Assembly: GCA_964019425.1 (NCBI GenBank)
Contig: OZ025784.1
Coordinates: 1-64,000, forward strand
Direction: 5' to 3'
Length of the DNA: 64,000 nucleotides
DNA from: Flectonema sp. DT1601
Lineage: Eukaryota
Below, in pieces: positions 59,520-64,000 of this stretch (position 1 is its first letter; each line of letters starts with the position of its first letter). The position numbers were made by a program, and so were the translations under genes. The notes beneath the pieces were generated by a model. It had not been told where the DNA came from, made no database searches, and saw only the letters and a program-made list of their open reading frames with translations.

Positions 59520-60269
59520 TTATTTATTAATTAAATGCCTAACACCAGTTTGAGGGCAAAATGGTGTAGCAGAAGTAGACGATGGTTGACCACAATGAGG
59601 ACAAAAGGGTGTCGACCAGATTGGATTAGGAGGAGCAGGTGGAAGTGTTCTGTCAACAAGGTGTGGGTTCAGAGGCGGAGATGCAGACCTACGAGGAGAA
59701 CGAAGCAATCCTCTGGGAGATGGTTTTCTGAATTGTTGTTGACTGCGATAACCAAGTCGGTTTGTTTTGTAATTGCTGGGAGAAGTAGAGCGTTCACGCC
59801 AAGGTCGATCCCACTGAGTGGGAGACTTCCGACCAGTTGCTGGACGGTTTTGACTTATCAGTGGAGGTGGTGGTGTTCTTGAATAAGATCGTCTGCGTCC
59901 TCTGCTGCAGGACCTTCGACCCCTTTCAATACCACTGCTGTAGTAGTCATCATCAAACAGTTCTCTAAATATCTTATTACGCAACGCTAGTTCAGTTAAT
60001 CGTTTCGAAGCTGTTCGGGATAAAGGTATCGCTGGAGGGTCTTCAATTGGAATTCCTTTTTCAAACCAAATCTCAAAAACTTGTTCTCTGGTTCCTCCAA
60101 TTTCTTTAAAGACTTGACCATCCTCAACCCACCACCTGATCATGTCATTTGATGTGGTTCGGTATTCCAGTTCACTGCACTTCCCGTTTAGTAACTTCAC
60201 ACGAACACCACCCTCAGCGATACATTTTACGTCACCTCGACCACTCCAACCGTTCCATTCCCTAGACAT
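59520..60269 (-). CDS. Hypothetical Arg/Ser/Pro-rich protein with C-terminal Cys/His motif
   Basis: Likely ATG at 60269 (MSREWNG); RS-rich middle; ends PFCPHCGQ...PFCPQTGVRH. Confidence 0.7.
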   Translation of the reverse strand: MSREWNGWSGRGDVKCIAEGGVRVKLLNGKCSELEYRTTSNDMIRWWVEDGQVFKEIGGTREQVFEIWFEKGIPIEDPPAIPLSRTASKRLTELALRNKIFRELFDDDYYSSGIERGRRSCSRGRRRSYSRTPPPPLISQNRPATGRKSPTQWDRPWRERSTSPSNYKTNRLGYRSQQQFRKPSPRGLLRSPRRSASPPLNPHLVDRTLPPAPPNPIWSTPFCPHCGQPSSTSATPFCPQTGVRHLINK

Positions 60270-60905
60270 ACAGTGACACCTGATAATTGAGATAAGTAAA
60301 ATAAAAAGTATATCACTTCTGCAGGTTCCCCTTTCTAAGCCTTTCAATGAGTAAGTGTTCCCAAGACATACACGTGGACCTGATGTGATTATAATATTAA
60401 AACAATCTCAAGCAATAAAAACATCCAACTTAACAAGTTAATAATTAATTATAATCTAAAGAAAAAAAAAAGCATCTAACTCAGGTATGGGAATGAGAGG
60501 GGAAGATACAAACAATAATCCCAATGAGATCTATGAGAAGTTGTTTTTTTTTTTAATATACTTTTTTTGTTTACACTCATCAAGTCGCAAGTAAAACATT
60601 ATTTCTGATACATTTAATACAAATAGACATTTCTATTCGTACCTTGTTGTTGTCCAAAAACGCAAGAATAGCTTTCTAGGCAGTGAGGTGCTTTTTTTTT
60701 TTTTTTTTTTTTTTTTTGACACAATATAAAATATAAATTGTAATCTCTAAAAAGGGAAATGTGACACATTTTGATTAAATGGGGGGAAAAGGGATCAAAG
60801 TACATTTTAGTTAGTTGTTTTTTTTTTTTATTAGAAAAAACTCTAAAAAAAAAAAAAGGGGGGAAAAAAAATTAATTTTCTCACATTAAAAATCAGTAAA
60901 TGAAG

Positions 60906-63759
60906 TTACGGTGCTCGCAATCTTTGATTTCCAGAAGTCGGTGTTTTCCAAGTTGCGCCACGTGGCGGTTGATGTTGCTGTTCATTCACATGAGTTACAT
61001 CATAAGAGAACTCTGAGTCGGTGTCTTCCATCGGAGCTGTTCGTCGTTTCCTCATAAGATCACTTTTAACTATTCTTGTTACGATATTCTCGTTGTCTAA
61101 AATAGAAGGATTTCTGGGTGTCGTAATAGTCGATGGTGTCCAACTACGAGTCAGACCTCTTTCTTTTCGAAGCAAAGCGATATTGGTTTCAACTGGAATC
61201 GTTATTTCATCATCAGTTTGATAATTCTCAACACCAGTCGTTACAACAGCTCTATCATGAGGATGGTTTTGTTGTATTATTTTCTTAAGAGGTTGGTACT
61301 TAGTAGTTGCTGCTGATTCGATCGGTCGAATAATATTCGTGACATCTTTAAAAGCTGAGCTTTCAGGTTTTTGATTCGACTCTCGTGAAGCTGATGAATA
61401 AGATCGACTGGTCGTCTGATATTCATGTCTTTTCACATCAACATCACTTTCAGTAAAGAAACTGTTGCTTCGTTGTTTTCCAGAAGTAGCTGATGGAGGT
61501 GGTGGTGGAGGAGGAGCTGATATCTGTTTACCAGATGACCGTCTTCTTTTATTTATACTCGGACTCATAATCCCAACAGGGATAACAGAGGTAATAGAAG
61601 GGCTAGGATTTCTCACCATTCCAGTTGGAGATTTCCTTCCGCTGAATTGAGAATTTCCCAACGCTCGTTCTCTCTCAAGTACGTTCTGTTCTCGTTGTTT
61701 TAGAAGCTCTTGGTGTGCTTCAAGTCTTTCCTTCTCTCGGTTAATTCTTTTTAACTCAGCAGTTTGTCTATCACCATCGACTGTTAATTCTTGCATTCTC
61801 TTCTCTAATGAGGTACTTCTGTCTTCAAGGAACTGTTGTTGTCCAGCAACTTGTCTTTGGAGGTCAGCTATTTCAGAAGTTTCAGATACGGCAACTCCTC
61901 GTAATTTATTAACTTGTTCCATATCTCTTTCAAGTTCTCGTTGTTTCTGCTCAAGTGTAGTTGCGAGTTCTTCAGTTCTGTGGTGTTTTGATTTGAGAAA
62001 AAGATAGCTAGAGTTGAGAATATAATAAAAAAAAAAGAAAGTTGCAAACTTTTGTTTCTGCGCAGAGAGAGTTTCAGTTTCAACAGCGAGACGTTGTTCT
62101 ACTTCCTGAACTTTCTGTTCTCGCTGTTCGATAGTAGTGATCATCATTTCAGACGATGATCGCTGCTGTGCCTGACGAGATCTCATAACCTGCTGAAGTT
62201 TCTCTGTCTTGTTACGTTCTCTGGCTAGTTCAGCTTTCGTTTTTGATAAATCCTGTTGGAGTAGTTGAACTTCTTTCTTAGACAGCGATGACACCTGTGA
62301 CTTCCCTTCATTCTGTGAAGCGTTATTCAATGCTTCTTTTAGTTGTGTGATCTCCATGGTGAGTGTTCTCTTGGATGACTTATAAGAACTGTTTGGTTTT
62401 TTGTTTTGATTTTGTGAAATATATTTACTTAACTACAATAGAATAAACAAACCTTCTCTCAGACTCCAGTAAGCGAATCGTATTCTTAGCTGCCTTCAAC
62501 TCCTTCGTGTGTTGAACATTACATGAATTCGCCTCATCGAGTTTTGAGTGGAGAGCTGCGATGAGTTCCTTTTCAGCTTTTTCTTGTCTAGTGGCGTGTC
62601 GTTCTTTTGCTCTTTCTGACTGCTGCCATTCTTCTTTTTCTTTTTGAAGTCGAATTTTAAAAGCTTCACGTTCCTTAGTAAGTTTGTCTTCAGCTAGTTT
62701 GCGGTGTTGGGTGAGGGCGTGTCGGAGTTTTGAAATCTCAGAACGATGAACACTAAGAGATACGACATCAGGTGTACCAGTTCTAATATTTGTTGAGTTA
62801 CCAGAAGTACTCGCTTCTCGTCTACTGATGTCACTGTTTCTTCTAACTGGTGAAGAAGAACGTCCAACCGATCGACTGCTGCTACGAAGACTTGAACCAG
62901 ATCGTCTTCTTTCTCTTGTTTGTTTATCATCACTCTTAGTCGAAGCAAATGTTACTTTCGGAGATGGCTGCTGAGTTGACGTTGAACTAATCCTCGCTTC
63001 CCAAGCTGGTACAACAGGAGTCTCTACTATAGCTGGTAGTATTGGTGCCAACTCTCCATCAACTAATACACAAGTTGTTAAAGGTGATTGTCTGTCGTAT
63101 GTTGAGGATCCGATGTAACCACAATCTGTTCCTTGTGGTTGACTACCTGTTTCTGCACCAAAATCAAGCTCAGTCTGCCTGCTTTCGAAATTATCATAAT
63201 CCTGCAGTGTTGCTACTGTCGTGGGACCAGCTGTGGCGATGTTGCTGTTTTCGATTTGTGGAGCAGATGAAATGGGACTAGCTGTTGGAGTCGCGATGAG
63301 TAGCATTCTATCTCTCGACTCACCTGAGGGAGATTCATTACCAGTATCAGACTTACAGTAAGGAGGAGGAACATCATTTTGAATAATATTAGGTGCGGAA
63401 TCCAAAGGATGAGGAGGTGGTGGCGGAGATGGCGACGGTGATGGAGGCAGAGATCCCGACTCTGGAAACAAAACCGCATCAAAATCATTCTCTCTAACAG
63501 TATGATCAAATAAAGGTTCTAAGTCAGCTTCGTCATCACTCTGTGGACTTTCAACTAAATTATTCATTCTAACAGCATTGGGTGGCGTTACAATTATTAA
63601 TCCACTCCTCGCTGATGGACTTCTTGCTGGTGGTGGTGTCTCTTCAGTTCCACAACTCTTTTCATGAAATCTAAGACTTCCGGTTGTGAATAACAATCCA
63701 CATGACCTGCACGGCACCATCTTTGGAGTCTTTGCGAAGGTTCCTCCACTTTCAACCAT
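60906..63759 (-). CDS. Hypothetical coiled-coil protein with an N-terminal C2HC zinc finger
   Basis: CRSCGLLFTTGSLRFHEKSC. Intron 62389-62452 joins the two ORFs in frame; probable second in-frame intron at 61978-62049. Confidence 0.78.
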
Positions 63760-64000
63760 CTAAATGGAGTACCTGAGTGAGATGATGTAAAAAGTATTGT
63801 AAAGCCAATCAAAACAGAACAGGTCTGTCTGTCACCCCAAACGTGTGAAATAATAACAATAATAAAAAGGTTTAACGATAGCCAGCAAATATCAGAAAAA
63901 TACAAACAAAAACAGCTGAACTAAAAAATAATTGAAAAGAATCAAAAACACGAATCGGAAAAATCACAAACGTCGAAAGTCTACTTCTGATGAACAACAA

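Overview
Eukaryotic nuclear DNA, most consistent with a euglenozoan protist such as a diplonemid. This is an inference from the single-strand gene cluster, short AT-rich GT-AG introns, a receptor/pseudo-cyclase/STE kinase, and TATE/VIPER- and ingi-like elements. The first 25 kb is a repeat and retroelement hub. It holds an apparently intact tyrosine-recombinase retrotransposon (gag, YR, RT/RNaseH, split direct repeats A1...B1-A2-B2) integrated precisely into a (TTTGCGGG)n array, plus a 32-bp satellite. It also holds tRNA-derived SINE-like elements and two convergent full-length APE-RT-RNaseH non-LTR retrotransposons. In both LINEs the ORF1 start codon lies about 80 bp from a divergently oriented tRNA or tRNA-like gene, and both have a large insertion inside the RT domain. 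One encodes a 2A (StopGo) peptide ahead of its endonuclease and is bracketed by two matching SINE copies. From 25 to 64 kb all recognisable genes are on the minus strand: a ~4,400-aa surface protein, a coiled-coil protein, a RIIa/Dpy-30-rhodanese protein, a 5'-truncated LINE, a small Zn-knuckle ORF, a receptor-type STE kinase and two hypothetical proteins. All matches were made by eye; no database searches were run.
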